From assembly GCF_036321535.1 (NCBI RefSeq), contig NC_087437.1:122142001-122206000 (forward strand): a stretch of 64,000 nt of DNA, read 5' to 3'. This stretch comes from Camelus dromedarius (Eukaryota). This document shows positions 23,048 to 36,603 of the stretch, piece by piece. How positions within the stretch are numbered: the stretch's first letter is position 1; every line of letters starts with the position of its first letter. Position numbers and translations under genes: made by a program. The notes under the pieces were generated by a model, which did not search any database, was not told the DNA's origin, and saw only the letters and a program-made list of their open reading frames with translations.

Positions 23048-23714
23048 GGCACAAACATCCACGAAGTCTCATTCCTCCGGAAGCCAGTGACTCTTTTTAG
23101 GAAAATTTACCAGTGAGTTAGTCTTAAATGTAAATATTTACTCAAATTTTGGAGGTAATGTGAACGTCCAATGCTACAGGAAAGCCCTCAGCACAAGGAG
23201 ACATTCCCTGGTGGGGGAGTGAGGCCTTCACAGAGGTGACCACACGGCCTACGCTTTGTAAATGGTGGGGACCCACCAGTGGGGACCCCGGCGGTGACAC
23301 AGGGAGGGAGTCGCCCATGCTGAGGGCAGTACTGGAGTCCTGGTGGGGACTTCACCGGCATGGCCAGGTTCAGATGGCCTGGAAGTGGCTCTGCCCCCAG
23401 GCCGAGTGAGGCCAGGCTCCCTGTTGGCAGAGGTGGGTTGGGGAAAGTCTCCCGGAGAAGGGCCCGCTGCCTGGACGCAGACGCAGGAGGACCCTGGCCC
23501 GGAGGGTCTGGGCTGAGAGGAAGGTGGAGCTGGAAATGTGAGGCAACCCAGAGGCCTACCCCCAAGTTCCAAGGCCGCTGGAGGTGCAGGCAGGGTGGGA
23601 CCATCCTCTGCTGACCAGGGAGGGACATACAACTGTGCCTAGACTCAGGCCTCCTAGAAGCTTGTCCTCAGACTTCCATCTCTACTTGAAAAATTGAAAC
23701 ATTTATCTGAAAAG

Positions 23715-23805
23715 AAAACATATATTGTACGTACATATACATACAACTGAATCACTTTGCTGCACACCTGAAACTAACACTGTAAATCAACTACACTTCA
23801 ATAGC
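23715..23805 (+). mobile_element. Very short artiodactyl L1 3' terminus
   Basis: aactgaatcactttgctgcacacctgaaactaacactgtaaatcaactacacttcaat. Confidence 0.8.
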
Positions 23806-24009
23806 TTAATTTACATTTTCTAACTTTCAAGACCTTAATTGTGTATCCATAACTTTTAAGAACCAATAAAAATTAGTTTTTTAAAAATCTTGTCATCATT
23901 TATACCACAGCATCAGTGCCACAACCATCACTGCCATTCAGAGTTACCAGAGTTAGGCACTGCCCTTGACTGGTTTACGCTCTACTGAGGGAGAAAGAAA
24001 AGCGAAACA

Positions 24010-24632
24010 TTTGAGAGACATGAAAGCACAGCTCAGCAGAGGAAGCACCCCCTTTCCAGTAAATGGCGCTGGAGCAACTAATCATTTCTGTGCAAAAAAA
24101 AAAAAAGAAGAAGGAAGTGTTCAACCTGAGCCTCACACCTCACACAAAGACAAACTCACAGCAGGTCATACACCGAAAGACAGAACCCAAAACTGCACGA
24201 CTTTCGGAAGAAAACAAGAGAAAATCTTTGAAACTTCCTGTTAAGCAACGAGCCTCAGAAATGACACCAAAATCATGATCGATAAAAGAAATAACTGATA
24301 AATTGGGCTTCATCAGAATTAAAATCTTTGCTCTCTGAAAGACACTAGTAAGAGACTGAAAAAGCAAAAGACAGACTGGAAGAAAATAATTATAAATCTC
24401 TGAACTGACAAGGGACGTCCCCAGAATAAAAACAGAACTCTCAAAACTCCACGTTGGGAAAACCATTAACCCAATTTTTAAAAATGAGCTTAAAAAATAT
24501 GTCACCAAAGAGCATATACGATAGCGAGTGAGCACATGAAAAGCTGCCCCGTGTCACTGGTCACCAGGGAGACACACATTAGATCCCGTGAGACGCCACG
24601 GCACCTGTCAGAGCAGCTAAAATTGTAAGAAT
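24010..24632 (+). mobile_element. Old L1 ORF2 3' region
   Basis: gataaattgggcttcatcagaattaaaatctttgctct, acagactggaagaaaata, gagcacatgaaaagctg. Confidence 0.8.
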
Positions 24633-24646
24633 AGAAAAGTTTAGGT

Positions 24647-24748
24647 GGGGGTATAGCTCAGTGGTAGAGCCTGTGCTCAGCATGCACGAGGTCCTGGGTT
24701 CAATCCCCCAGTACCTCTGTTAAAATAAATAAACCAAATAAAAACAAG
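24647..24748 (+). mobile_element. tRNA-Ala(AGC)-derived SINE (camelid Vic-1-like)
   Basis: gggggtatagctcagtggtagagc...agcatgcacgaggtcctgggttcaatcccccagtacctc has A and B boxes, followed by an A-rich tail with no T4 terminator. Confidence 0.88.
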
Positions 24749-24751
24749 ACT

Positions 24752-25258
24752 GATGGTCCATCAACAGGTGACTGGATAAAGAAGATGTGGTATATTTATA
24801 CAATGGAATACTACCCAGCCATAAAAATGAATGAAATAATGCCATTTGTAGCAACATGGATGTCCCTGGAGAATGTCATTCTAAGTGAAGTAAGCCAGAA
24901 AGAGAAAGAAAAATACCATATGAGATCGCTCATATATGGAATCTAAAAAAAAACAAAAAAACAAAACATAAATACAAAACCAAAACAGACTCACAGACAT
25001 AGAATACAAACTTGTGGTTGCCAAGAGGGTGGGGGGTGGGAAGGGACAGACTGGGATTTCAAAATGTAGAATAGATAAACAAGATTATACTGTATAGCAC
25101 AGGGAAATATACACAAGATCTTGTGGTGGCTCACAGCGAAAAGAAATGTGACAATGAATGTATGTATGTTCGTATATAACTGAAAAACTGTGCTCTCCGC
25201 TGGAATTTGACACAACATTGTAAAATGACTATAACTCAATAAGAAAAAGAATAAATTT
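24752..25258 (+). mobile_element. Young camelid-type L1 3' end
   Basis: gactggataaagaagatgtggtatatttatacaatggaatact...tgacacaacattgtaaaatgactataactcaataa. Same family as 42225-42655. Confidence 0.92.
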
Positions 25259-28200
25259 TAAGGGGAATCTCAGGGATGATGGAACTTCCTGCATCCTGAC
25301 TGCAGTGGGGGTCACAGAGTTTTATGCATTTGCTGCTGCCTGAAAATTTTTAAATAAAAATTGTAAGAATCCAATGGAAAAGAAATCCAAGTCAAAGCCC
25401 AGGTGGCTCGCCACACTGCAGAGCCAGCTGTGTGGAGAGTGTCCGTCTGCCTCACGAAGTAAGGGCTCTTAGAGTCACTGGGGCGTTCTGTGTGGCCTGC
25501 CGGCCCAGCAGGAGGAGTGTCTTAGTGTTTTTGGAGTTTTGAATGGGATTTTATGCAGGAAAGTTTGTGAGGATTTCCACCAACCAGACCTAGAAGGGAC
25601 TTGGACTTGGTTTTCTGCAATAAGGGCTGACCAAGAAAGCCCCCAGAAGACGCCCTGCGCAGCAGGTGCGGCCCCAGCGCATCCTTCCTGGGCCCGGCTG
25701 ACCGCCCCAGCACCTGCCGGCCTTAAAGCAGTTTTGTCCTAATGGAATGGTTTCATCTTGTGCCTGTCAATGTGGCTTCTTCCCCCCCCGCCCAAGACAG
25801 CAAATCAGAAAACTGGGGCCAGGCACAGGGCAAGCCTGGGACTGAAGACGGTGGCTCCCAGAGTGAAGGAAGTGGAGGGAGGACTGGTCCAGACCACACA
25901 GAGGACAGGCAGGAGTGCCGGGCACTGGAGGGACTAGCCAAGTCTAGTTCTGGACACAGAATCCGAGCAGGGAGCATGGTGGTGGGGGAGTCAGAGGGGG
26001 TGAAGAAGTGAGCCTGGTGGAGTTTTGTCCCAGGGACAGGGGGCGGCCAGTGAGGGGCACCTAGCAAACCACTGCTTGTAACTGCTGGGGCTGGCCGGGC
26101 TGAGTGGGGAGCTCGGGGCCTGGGTGACCACCAGCCCCTCCTCTGTGTGAGCTGCAGGACCGGCTCAGCTGACGCAGGTTCCGGCGGGGCAGTTTCCTCG
26201 GCTCTGCAGGCGGCCCCTCGGCTCTGGTCCTTGGGGCGGCTCAGAGAAGGCCCAGGGGCTTAAAAGGATGGAGCTCAGATAAACAGACTCTGGAATCATC
26301 TGCCACACGCCTCCAGGTTTCCAAACCACAGCCTGCTCCGGGCATTGTCCCACTGAGCCTTCAACTTCCACAGAAAGCTGCGGTTAAGAGGGCGGTCTCT
26401 TGGCCTGGACGGGGCCCCAGATGGCTTCCATCACGCCCCCGACAGCTCCGGGCAACACTCCCACGCTCGGCCTGCGGCTCTGCGAAGGAGAAGGGCCAAG
26501 GCGTCCCAGCCCTGGACTAGGGGTATTCTGAGGATTTCGGTGGTTTTCCCAGGAGAAAAGGAGGCTGGCCGTAGAGACAGGACCATGAGGGCCGATGAAG
26601 AGAAACAAACTCAAGTATTGACACGGGATGAAGAGCAGAGATTGGGAGGGAGAAGCCAGAGAGAGAAGGGAGCTGGGGGGGGGGCCCTGGAGCGTGCCGT
26701 CCACGGGGGAGGGGTGTCTCCCGGTGATCCCCCAGCCCCGAGTGAGCCCCGGGGCAGGGAGCAGGGGCAGGTGGGACGACGAGAGGATTGCTCCCAGTGA
26801 CAGGCTGGCGGCCCGCCCACCAGGGAGTGGCACCAGCTGGCCGCCTGGGCGCCGCAACCCAGACGACAGCCCTGCCTCCAGGCGGAGGTGCCCTCAGTCC
26901 TCGAGAGATAGACAGGATCTTCCCGACTGGCCGAGCGAATCCCAGGCTGCCTCCTTCTTCGGGGCAAGGAGAGGGCGCTGGGGCTGGACCTCCTCTGCCA
27001 CCAACGGCCGGTCTCGGGGTTCTCCCAGGGGTCCGGAGAGGGGACCCTCAAACACCCGGAAAATCACCAGCTGAGAGATGTCCTTGAGTTAAGACACCAA
27101 CTCTCATTGTCAACGTGCAAGAATCATCTTCTCCCCAAAGGCGGCTTTCCTTTTTCACTCGTTCACTCCTTCCACAACCTCCGGGTGAGCACTGTCCCTG
27201 ACTTGCTGTCAGAATAGCTGAAAATGTGCCCAAACTCCCCCCTCCAGCCTGGAGGAGCCAGGACCCAAGCCAGAGTGGTCCAACTTTGAATAACCTGCCT
27301 GGAGTGTCATATGCTGATCAAAAACACTTTGCTAAAAACAAAATAAAGCGAGACTACCGCTCAGAACAAGTGTTTAAATGCACACGGGGAGCACAGGTGG
27401 GGCTGGAGACAGTCCGCGGCCTCGCAGGGTGACGCGGACACTGGTGAGGGCACCCAGGGCTTCTGTGCCCGAGGCTGCTCCCTGCCCAGCCGCGCGGCCG
27501 GGGGACTGCGGACTGTGGACTGCCCGGTCACCTGCGGCTGGAGGGGGGTTCAGTCAGACTGGGTCTTGCCCCCAAAGGTGCCGTTCATGAAGAGGAGGGG
27601 GCACCCTGAGCACTCGGAGAGAGTTGTTGAGAAAACGAATGAGTGCGTGAGGCTGGTGGTCAGTGCGTGGCCTGTGATGGCGCCAGAGCTTCCCAAGCGG
27701 TCCTCGCCGACACAGAACTGTCCTGCTCTGACCAGGAGGTGGTTGGGGGGCACCCGGAGAGGAACTGGGGTGCCAGCATTAAGCCACGTCCCACAGATCT
27801 GAAACAACCTGGAGGCGGCAGCAGCCAACCTGTGAGTCAAGAGGAAGCAAGTGGCCCAGACCCGGCTGTGGGCCCAGTGAGTCACAGGCGGAGTGGAGGC
27901 CCCGAGTCCCACATCCCCTTGTGTCCCCCGGGGCACAGCCACCCTGACCCCCCCAGCAGCTCTGTCTGCAGCCAGGGCTCCCCTGACCCCATGACAGTCC
28001 TCCTCCATGGCACCCCCACCCAGCCGTGCACCGGAGCCCGAGCAGAGGCTGACACGTTTTCAGGAATTTTGAGAGCCAGTTACTAAACACAGCCATGACC
28101 AAAAATCAAATCATATAAACTTACAAGTCAAAAAATTGTATTAAAAGCAAACTTAGTGAACACTCAAGGCACCCCCGTCCTCATCTCGTGACTTCATTTT

Positions 28201-29449
28201 CCAGACATCTTGCTCTGCGCGGGCTTTGCATCTGCATGTGCGTGGTAGAAATACGTGCTGAGCCCTGCCCCTGTAGCCTCTGTCCCAGCCCCGCCGCTCG
28301 CAGCATAGCCCAGTCCACACTCAGCCCCAGTGCCAACTCCACAGTGTGGATCCCAACCCTCCATTCTCCCCACCAGCCCCAACCCCAGGGAACCCCACGT
28401 GCCACTGGCCCCCCAGCCTGGGGCCTCCCTGCACCCTGCCCTCAAGCCAGCATCCAAGGAGAGCACCTGCCCTAGGTGGGCCACCCTGCTGTCCCCTGGG
28501 CCTCCAGCTTCCTGATCGTTTGTGCTGTAGCCAAGCCCCCTCTTAGACATCTGCACCTACTCAGAGGTCCCACCCAAATTCTGGAATCTCCCAGAGCAGC
28601 TCTGTCTCTAAAATCTTCACCTGGGTTGGGGTATCCTCTCCAACAGCCTCCACCTTTGCCTTTGCCCCACCCCTCCTCCTGCTCTGTCAGTCCCCTCTGG
28701 TCCCCGCCTGTCCTCATCTAGCCAGACACCTATTCATGTCCAGGCAGACTCACCAGCAAACCCTCAGTGCCCCCAGTGCCAGAGACAGGCTGGGCCCAGG
28801 GAAGGGGGTGGTCTGTGACAGGATAGTAGCAGGGAGCAATGGCTCTGGGCCACATCTTTAAAGGCCACTTGACTGCATCGCATCTGCTAACCCTCTGCTC
28901 TGCTTGGACCAGCTCACCATTGGCTGCAGCTGTGCGCCTTCCCTGACCTGAGGCCCACCCCGGCCCCGCCCTTATCAGGGGTGTGAACTGCCCAGCACAC
29001 TTGGAGGCATGCTTGGGAAGTTGGCCAACAGATGTCCATTGATTTCATCTGTTTAAAGTTGCCTCCTTCCAGATCAGTGATAAGGAAAAGGGTCATTTCA
29101 GACTCAAGACTTTAGGCCACTGTGTGTGGTCCCAGTGACCAGAGAATGATGTGCTCGTCTGCCAGAGGCGCTAAGGGCTGGCCCCCAACAGGAGCTGCCA
29201 CACACATCCAGACCCCGGAATTTCTATTGTCTCCATCTACTTGCCAACCTGACCAAGCCATACCTTAGAAAATGCCAGTATAATAATTAGCCCAGGGAGG
29301 CTCCTGCAGCTACTTCTTGCAGAACCTTAAATTCCACCACATGGAGCTCTGCAGACAGGTCTGATCTGGGAAGTTTCTGCCAGTATCAGAGTCAGAGGCT
29401 GACCCTCCCTCTTATTCCTTCCCCCTTCTCAGGGTCCCATGCTAAGTGA

Positions 29450-32322
29450 ACTCCAAACAGGAAAACCCCCAAAATTGACTCAGATACCTCACAATCAAAC
29501 TTCTGAAAACTAGCCAGAAAAATATCTGCAATGCAGAGATAAATGACACATTACTTGTGAAAGAATAGCAGTTGGAGTAACTGAAGATTTCTCATCAGAA
29601 ACCATGGAGGCCAAAAGGAAGTGGAACTTTTTCAGGCGCTGAAAGAAAAGAAAGTCAACTCAGAATTCTGTACACAGCAAAAATAACCTTCAGGAATGAA
29701 GGTGAAATAAAGACACTCTTAGATAAAGGGAAACTAAAATAATTTGCTAGCAGCAAACATACCCTAAAAGAACTACTAAAAGGAGCTCTTCAGACATAAG
29801 GGAACCCTAGGAAGGAAGAGTGCACTAGCATCTGGGAGACGTAATAGGCTCTTCTTCTCCACTTCAGTTCTTCGACACATGCTTGATGATTAAAAGCAAA
29901 TGTTACAATATTGTCTCATGGAGTTTTCAGCCTATGTGGGTGTACAGCATAAAAGATGGAGAGTACAGGACCTTACGTGGTGGTAGGATTTCTGCAAAAT
30001 ACTTGAAATGGTAAAATGCTTATTCTAAGTAGACTGTGAAAGTTTACGTATGTATATTGTAATTGCCAGGAAACTACCAAAAAATGTACAACAATGTATA
30101 ACCAACAACACAATAGATAAATTAAAACAGAATACTAAAGAACATTCAAATAACCAAAACAAAGGGGAAAACAGGAAACAGAAGAATAAAAAAAGGGAGG
30201 GAGGAATAAAACAAATTTTTAAAAATTTTTAATTAAAAAAGTAAAAACAAACAAAAAATGATAAAGTGGTAGTCCCAAATCCAAACATAAAAACAATTAC
30301 ATTAAATGTAAGTGATCTAAATTAAAAGACAGGGATTTTCAGGATGAATTTTTTAAAATCACCCACCTGTATACTATCTACAAGAATCTCACTTCAAATA
30401 TAATATTGGTAGGTTTAAAGGATGGAAAAAGATATACTGTGCAAGCACGAATTTTAAAAATGGGCTGCCTCTATTGAAACAGATAAAGTAGACTTTAGAA
30501 ATTCATAAATAAGCTTCAGAATAAAAATATCATAGATTTAAAGGGAAATTGATAATAAAAGTGTCAATTTACCAAGAAGACACAACAATCTTAAGTGTTT
30601 ATGTACCTAACAACACAGCTTCAAAATACATGAAGCAAAATTCATGAATACAGAGCTAAAAGGAGAAATAGACAAATCCAGAATTATAGTTGGACACTTC
30701 AACACTTCTGTCCCAGAACAAACAGACAGAAAATCAGCAAAGATAAACAAGAATTGAATATCACTGCTAACCAATGGGCTCTGACTTTTATTAAATACTT
30801 CACCCAACCAGAGCAGAACACAAATATTTCTCATGTGCATGTGAAACATTTACCAAGATGAATGACACCAAGAGTAATTTAAAAGTCTTTAATGAAGTTC
30901 AGAGAATTTAATCATACAAAATATGTTCTCTAACCATAATGGAATCAAACTAGATATCAAACTAGATATCAATAATAATAAAAAATAAGAAATATCTCTA
31001 AATGGTTAAAAATTAAACAGCATACTTCTAAATAATCTATGGACAAAGGGAAAGTCTCAAGGGAAACTAAATATTATATTTAACTGAATGAAAATGAAAA
31101 TGTGATGCGTCAAAATCCGTGGTATGCAGCTAAAGCATCACTTAGAGGGAAATTTATAACACTAAATGTTTATATTAGAAAAGAAGAAAGATCTACAAAC
31201 AATAATCCAAGGTTTCACCTCAAGAAACAACTTTAAAAGCACAAAATAAGTCTAAATCAAGTAGAAACAAGGAAAAACTATAGATAAGAGAAGGAATCAA
31301 TGAATTTAAAACAAAGCACAATGGAGAAAATCGATGGAAACAAACACTGGCTCTTTGAGATGATTGAGATCAATAATATTTTGGCAAACTTACCCCAAAA
31401 AAGAGAGGAGACACAAATTACCAATCTCAGAAATGAAAGAAGAGCTATCAAATTTACAGACCTTGCAGATATTAAAAGGAAAATAGGTAAATACTACAAA
31501 CAACTCTGAACACAAAAAATCAGTAACTTAATGGCAGGAACCAATTTCTCAAAAACTACAAACTACAAAAACTCACCCAAGATGAAACAGATGATCTGAC
31601 TATTTCTATAACTCTTAAAGAAATTGAATTTGTAGTTAAAATCCTTCCAAAAAAAAAATTCCAGGGCTGGATGGTTTCACTGGTGAATGCTACCAAACAG
31701 TTAAAGAAGAAATAACACCAATTCCAACTGAGTTCTCCTAGAAACAGGAGCGAACACTTCAAGTGATCTCAGGAAGCTAGTATTACCCTGATGTCAAAAC
31801 TAGACAAAGTGCAAAGAAAGAAAACCACACACCAATATTTTCCATGAACACAGATAAGAAAATCACCTACACAGTCTTAGCAAATAAAATACAACAATAT
31901 ATCAAAGGAATAATAAACTACAACCGAGTGGAGTTTGTTTTAGAAATGCAAATGTCCTTCAGCAAGTGAATGGACAAATACGCTGTGGTACATCCATTAA
32001 AAAGAATACCACTCAGCAATGAAAAGGGACAAACTGTTGATACACACGATTTGGACGGATCACAAAAGTATTGTACTGAGGAGAAAAGTCAGCCTCCAAA
32101 GATTACCTACTGTATGGTTCCATTTATGTAATATTCTTAAATTAGCAAAATTATATAGATAAAAAACAAAATCATGGTTGCCCCAGGGCTGGGACTGGAG
32201 GGAGAGTGTGAGTATAAAGGGATAGCATGAGGGGGTTTCTCTGGGGTGATGAAAAAGTCCTACACCCAGGTTGTGGTCACGGTTACACAAATCTATAAAC
32301 CCACGATCTCTATACCGAAAGA
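29450..32322 (+). mobile_element. Long degenerate L1M element: ORF1 C-terminus, ORF2 5' half, internal deletion near 31950, 3' UTR
   Basis: gatttctcatcagaaaccatggaggcca (DFSSET-like), aattacattaaatgtaa, taaagcatcacttagagggaaatttata, gatggtttcactggtgaat, then ccactcagcaatgaaaagg. Confidence 0.9.
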
Positions 32323-32334
32323 GGGGGAGGAAGC

Positions 32335-32925
32335 GCGAAACCCGAGCAAGCTGTTCCGCGAGGAACTGGACCGCTCGCTCACCACTGCGTACAGTCACTT
32401 TGGGAAACTGGCAGTGTCTTGGATCGTCAAGCACTTGCCTCATGACCCGACCGTATCAATCTACACCTCTGCCCACGAGAAATGCAGGGACACATCCTCA
32501 CAAAGGCTTGAGCCACTTTACTCGTAAACTGGAAACAGCCGGTTGACAGAGTGGAAGAGCCCATGAGCAGGAGACTGGATAAACTAACTGGTACAGCAAT
32601 TAAATTTGGATGCATCTCAAAAACACGCAGAAGCCAAAAGAGCACGCATTGTCTTATTCCATGAATGTGAACTTAACATGGAAAAATAACCTGTAGTTAC
32701 AAAATGTCGGTCAGTAATTATACGGGGGGGCAATTTATCACAAAAGGATTTCAGGGGTCCTTTTGGGGTGATGGGCATGATCTCTGCCTTGATTGTGCTA
32801 ATGGCTACACAGTTACATACATTTGACAAAATATATTAAACTGTACACTTTAAATGGGTGCATCTGGTTGTATGTATAGCTGTACATACAATACATACTA
32901 TTCCTCAATGAGTTTGATTTTTAAA
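32335..32925 (+). mobile_element. L1ME-type ORF2 end / 3' UTR
   Basis: cagtcactttgggaaactggcagt, ttttggggtgatggg, tacatttgacaaaa...actgtacactttaaatgggtgca. Confidence 0.7.
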
Positions 32926-35900
32926 AGCCCCTCCAACACGTCTAAACGCCCCCAAAGGGTGCTAAGTCCCACTGAGAACCACTACTCTCTAATGACTACT
33001 CTCATGGCCCCGTGCGACTTCCTTACGACTTTGCAGCTTGCCCCAGAGATGCCCCAGAGCAACGGCGGTCAGAGAGCCATCGCTACAGTGGAGACCAGCC
33101 TGTCCACCCGCCATCCACTCCCCTCATCTTCCTCGTAACTGACTCTGTGTTATTCCCACCCACGCACGGCTCAGCTCCAGGGACAGCCCTGGAGCAGGGA
33201 GGACGATTAGGTCCCCGCCAGGCTCTGCTCAGGGCGGAGTGCCTGACCCACATCTGGCAAAGAGGTGAGGGCGGACTCTGCCGGGGGCCTCTGGAAAGGC
33301 TTCCTGCTCAGAGAAGATGTTCCCAGGAATAGGCGCTCCCAAACCAGCAGCGGGTCCCTCCTCACTCCCTCAGCCCCGGGAGACCAGGAGCCGGACACCG
33401 GGTGCCTCCACCCCAGCCGGCTGGCAGCCCCGGGAAGCTCCTTTCCAAGCTTCCTCGAGTAACTTCCTTTGCCAAAAATGGGAAAGAGTCTTGCATAATC
33501 AGACATCTGTGAATTCAGAACCCAGAGGAAATTCAGGCAAACGCTGCAGGGAAGTTAGAGGAGGATGCAGGGAAAAGGAGATTCGCAGAAGAGCCGGCTT
33601 GGCCTCTCCCTCAAGGGGCCCTGACATGTTCTGTGGCTGTTCATTTGGGGGGAAAGCTGCAACGGGGGGCTCGAGCGGCCAGCTTCACAGTTTATTTCAA
33701 GTTTTAATTGTCTCTCCAGGAACAGTTCTTTGCACATCATCCATTGCTCCCCCCCAGTGGGGAGGGAATTTATTTATCTCTTTACTCTTCCTATAGATCT
33801 GTTATTCAGAGGTTTTCTACTCTTATTTTTAAACATGTAGATTTTTTCAGCCTCAAAAGCATTTAATTCAAGACTCGTGCTTGGAGACTCCCCGTCCCTG
33901 CGGAGGAAGCATGAGTTCTCTCGGCGCACAGCGGCTTTGATCGGGTGGCAGGGGTGATTCTATTGCTTTTTAAAAAGCAGGTGATGGCTGAGGGCCCAAA
34001 TCCGTCCCAGAATCCGGAGGTCAGGGACAGGCCCACAAGGTGAATGCCCTCCCTTCTTCTGCACAGGACATATCCCCAGCACTTGGACCTTCCCACGAGC
34101 GTGCCCGGCCGTGGCCCGAGCTCTCGGGACCGGTGAGCGAGTGGGCTCACCTCCCTCAAGGTTAACTTGACAATGTTCACACAGTGGTGACCAGGAGTGA
34201 GGCCCGGCCTGGGCGCAGAATGAAGAGGCCATGCTCTCGGGCTGGATAGAAAGTGGGTGCCAAGGTCACCACTCCCAGCGGGCTCTCGGAATACGGCCGG
34301 CAGGACAGCTCTGTCTGCCCCCTGGTCCTGGAAACACGGCAGGGGTACTCATGACTCAGGAATAGCAACCTCGCCCTGGACCCCCGGGGCATCCTTTCCC
34401 AGGGACAGCGCAGGTAACGTGGAGGTCCAGGCGGACGGGTCCAGCCCTGCCACAGCACAACCCCCAGGCTGGCAGGGGGACTGTGCCAGACACACGGGGG
34501 CTGCAGAGCGACCCTCTTGTCAGCCTTCAGGTCAGACACCCCCAGGCTTGGAAACAAGGTGGCCCAGGTCAGGGGTGTTCAGTCAGAACAAATCTCCACT
34601 ATGAGCTGCACAAACAGAAACCATTTGCTGCAGGTGGGGAGCTGAGGGAAGGACGAAGCAAGTGACCGGCAGAGGTGGTCAGGCTGGAGCTGCCCGATTC
34701 CAGCAGGCTGCAGGGACCCCTCCCTCCTAGATTCCAAAGGAGGGGCAGAGGACCTCAGCTGTGCCCAAGGAGCAAGGATGGGGTCAGAGGGCGAGAGGAG
34801 TGGGTGGGGGCTTCCACTGGCCTGCACCGGATTTTACACAGAACCCCTCCTCAGTGATAATATTGTGTGTGGTCAGCAGCTGATCAGCATAGAGAACAAA
34901 GCCCTCCAGCTGAAGCAGGGAGGCCCTGGGCCCCTAAACTCCTGCCAGCCCCCAGGTTAGACAGTCCCTGTCCGCTGTGCGGGTGGCCTGGAGGACAGTG
35001 GGGCCAGGCGGTGCTCTGGATGGCTGTGAGCAGGAGCGCAGGGTCAGGGAAGGTCCTGGATGGCCAGGGTCCGACAGGCTGGTCTGACAGGCTGGCAGAG
35101 CTTCGTAATGCAAGAGGATCCCTGAAGCCTGTGCCTCCTGAGTCCAGGCAGACCCGCACATGCCCTCCAAGTGCATCGCCTGCAGGCCCTCCCCCAGGCA
35201 AAAATGCTGCATCTGCCCTGGCCCTGAGAGCCCCCTCTTCTGTCCCCCCAACCCCCAGGCATGCTGCACCAGGAGTGGGTGTTGCCTGGGGTGGGCTGGT
35301 GAGCACGGCAAATCCCAGTGCACAGAGTGTCCTTAGGGACAGCCTGATGCAGCCCAGCTGCCTCCGGGAGTCACGCGGAGGCCCACATCTGGAACCCTTC
35401 AGGCCGGCCAGACGGCTGGCACGCAGGCTTCAGGGGGAGAGCTGGCTGCCCTCCACATTGGCCGCCGGCCCCCAGGACGAGATGGGGTGATCCTCCCATG
35501 CCCCACCCACTCCCCCTGCTCTCCCTCCCTTACTCTTCTGTCCTGAGAAATGGCGCTCAGGGGTCTGCCTTCCGCTGTGATGTGCTACGCTGAGGGATGG
35601 GGGTCCCGGGATGTGGCAGGGAGGGGTCTGACACCTTCTGAATGTACAGAGACAGCAGGGGTGCCAGGGCTCAGGGGTCTGCTGGCCACTCCAGACAGGC
35701 CAGCTGGTGGGTCCAGCTGGCACAAGGAGGGTCTCACAGGGATCTGTGGGTACAGGCCCCCAGGGTCAGACAGAGTGGAACTAGTTATCTCTGTCCAACA
35801 AGGGTTAGGGTTAGGACCAGGGGACCAGCGCAAGGCCCCAGAAGCCAGGTGAAGGGGGGCCCAGAGCTCCCTGCGAGGGCTGGAAGGGGCATCAGGGCCT

Positions 35901-35989
35901 CGTCATCCAGCAGATCACATGGAGGAAGGGTGCAGCTGCCGCTGAGCCTGCTCGCTGCTTACCCCTCACTTGTCCTTCCCTCCCTCCTC

Positions 35990-36300
35990 AGCATTCAAGT
36001 CAACACGTGTGGCAGCCTCTCTTGCAGCTGGCAGCCCACGAGCTGTGAGTGGAAGGGTGGGGCCATCCACAGAGGCCACTGGAAGGAAGCTGGCTTCTCC
36101 AGGGAGAGCTCCCTCTGGTCCCTTCCTGATGTTTCTTTCTGCCATCCTTGGGCAAAGATGTGAGAGCAGGAGCTCCAGCAGTCATCATGGACCCTGAGGT
36201 AACTGTGAGGCTGGAAGTCACCTACTGAGGGTGACAGAGCAGGAAGACAGGATCCGCACCCTCCCTGGTGGAGGTGTGGAGCAACCAGACTACGTGAGGG
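35990..36300 (+). mobile_element. Old MaLR LTR fragment (MLT1J/K-like)
   Basis: gatgtgagagcaggagctccagcagtcatcatggaccctgagg...gacagagcaggaagacagg. Confidence 0.6.
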
Positions 36301-36603
36301 AATGAACACCGTGTGGTCCGGTCCCGGCCGGGGTCTGACGCCAGTTCTGGGCTCGGCAGGGACCCTGCATGGCAGGTGAAGGAGGGTGCAGGGCTGTGAG
36401 GTGGAGCTGTGGTGCCTCACCTGCTCCTTGCTCAACGTCTCTCCCCAAGGCTCCTTAAAGCCCTACTCCTCACAGCAGTGAGTCCTGAAGCTAGCTGATC
36501 ACGGACTCACCCGGGGGTTTTGCAGGAGTATCCGTTCTCCAGCTGCACCAAGGTTCCGACAGGCCCCATTAGCTCAGAGAATATTTCCGCCTGTCTAATG
36601 ACT

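Noticed and set aside
24647..24718. Functional tRNA-Ala gene
   Set aside because: Stem mismatches, an extra C in the T arm, an A-rich tail and no T4 terminator indicate a SINE.
29008..29115. Gypsy integrase-like peptide AWEVGQQMSIDFICLKLP
   Set aside because: Only a short resemblance, an early stop and no other catalytic motifs; likely chance unless Dfam finds a hit.
30948..30973. 12-bp tandem duplication (aaactagatatc); similar one at 938-961
   Set aside because: Ordinary slippage within dead L1 sequence.
35802..35815. Interstitial telomeric repeat (also ccctaaccctaa near 41619)
   Set aside because: Only about two hexamers each, compatible with chance.
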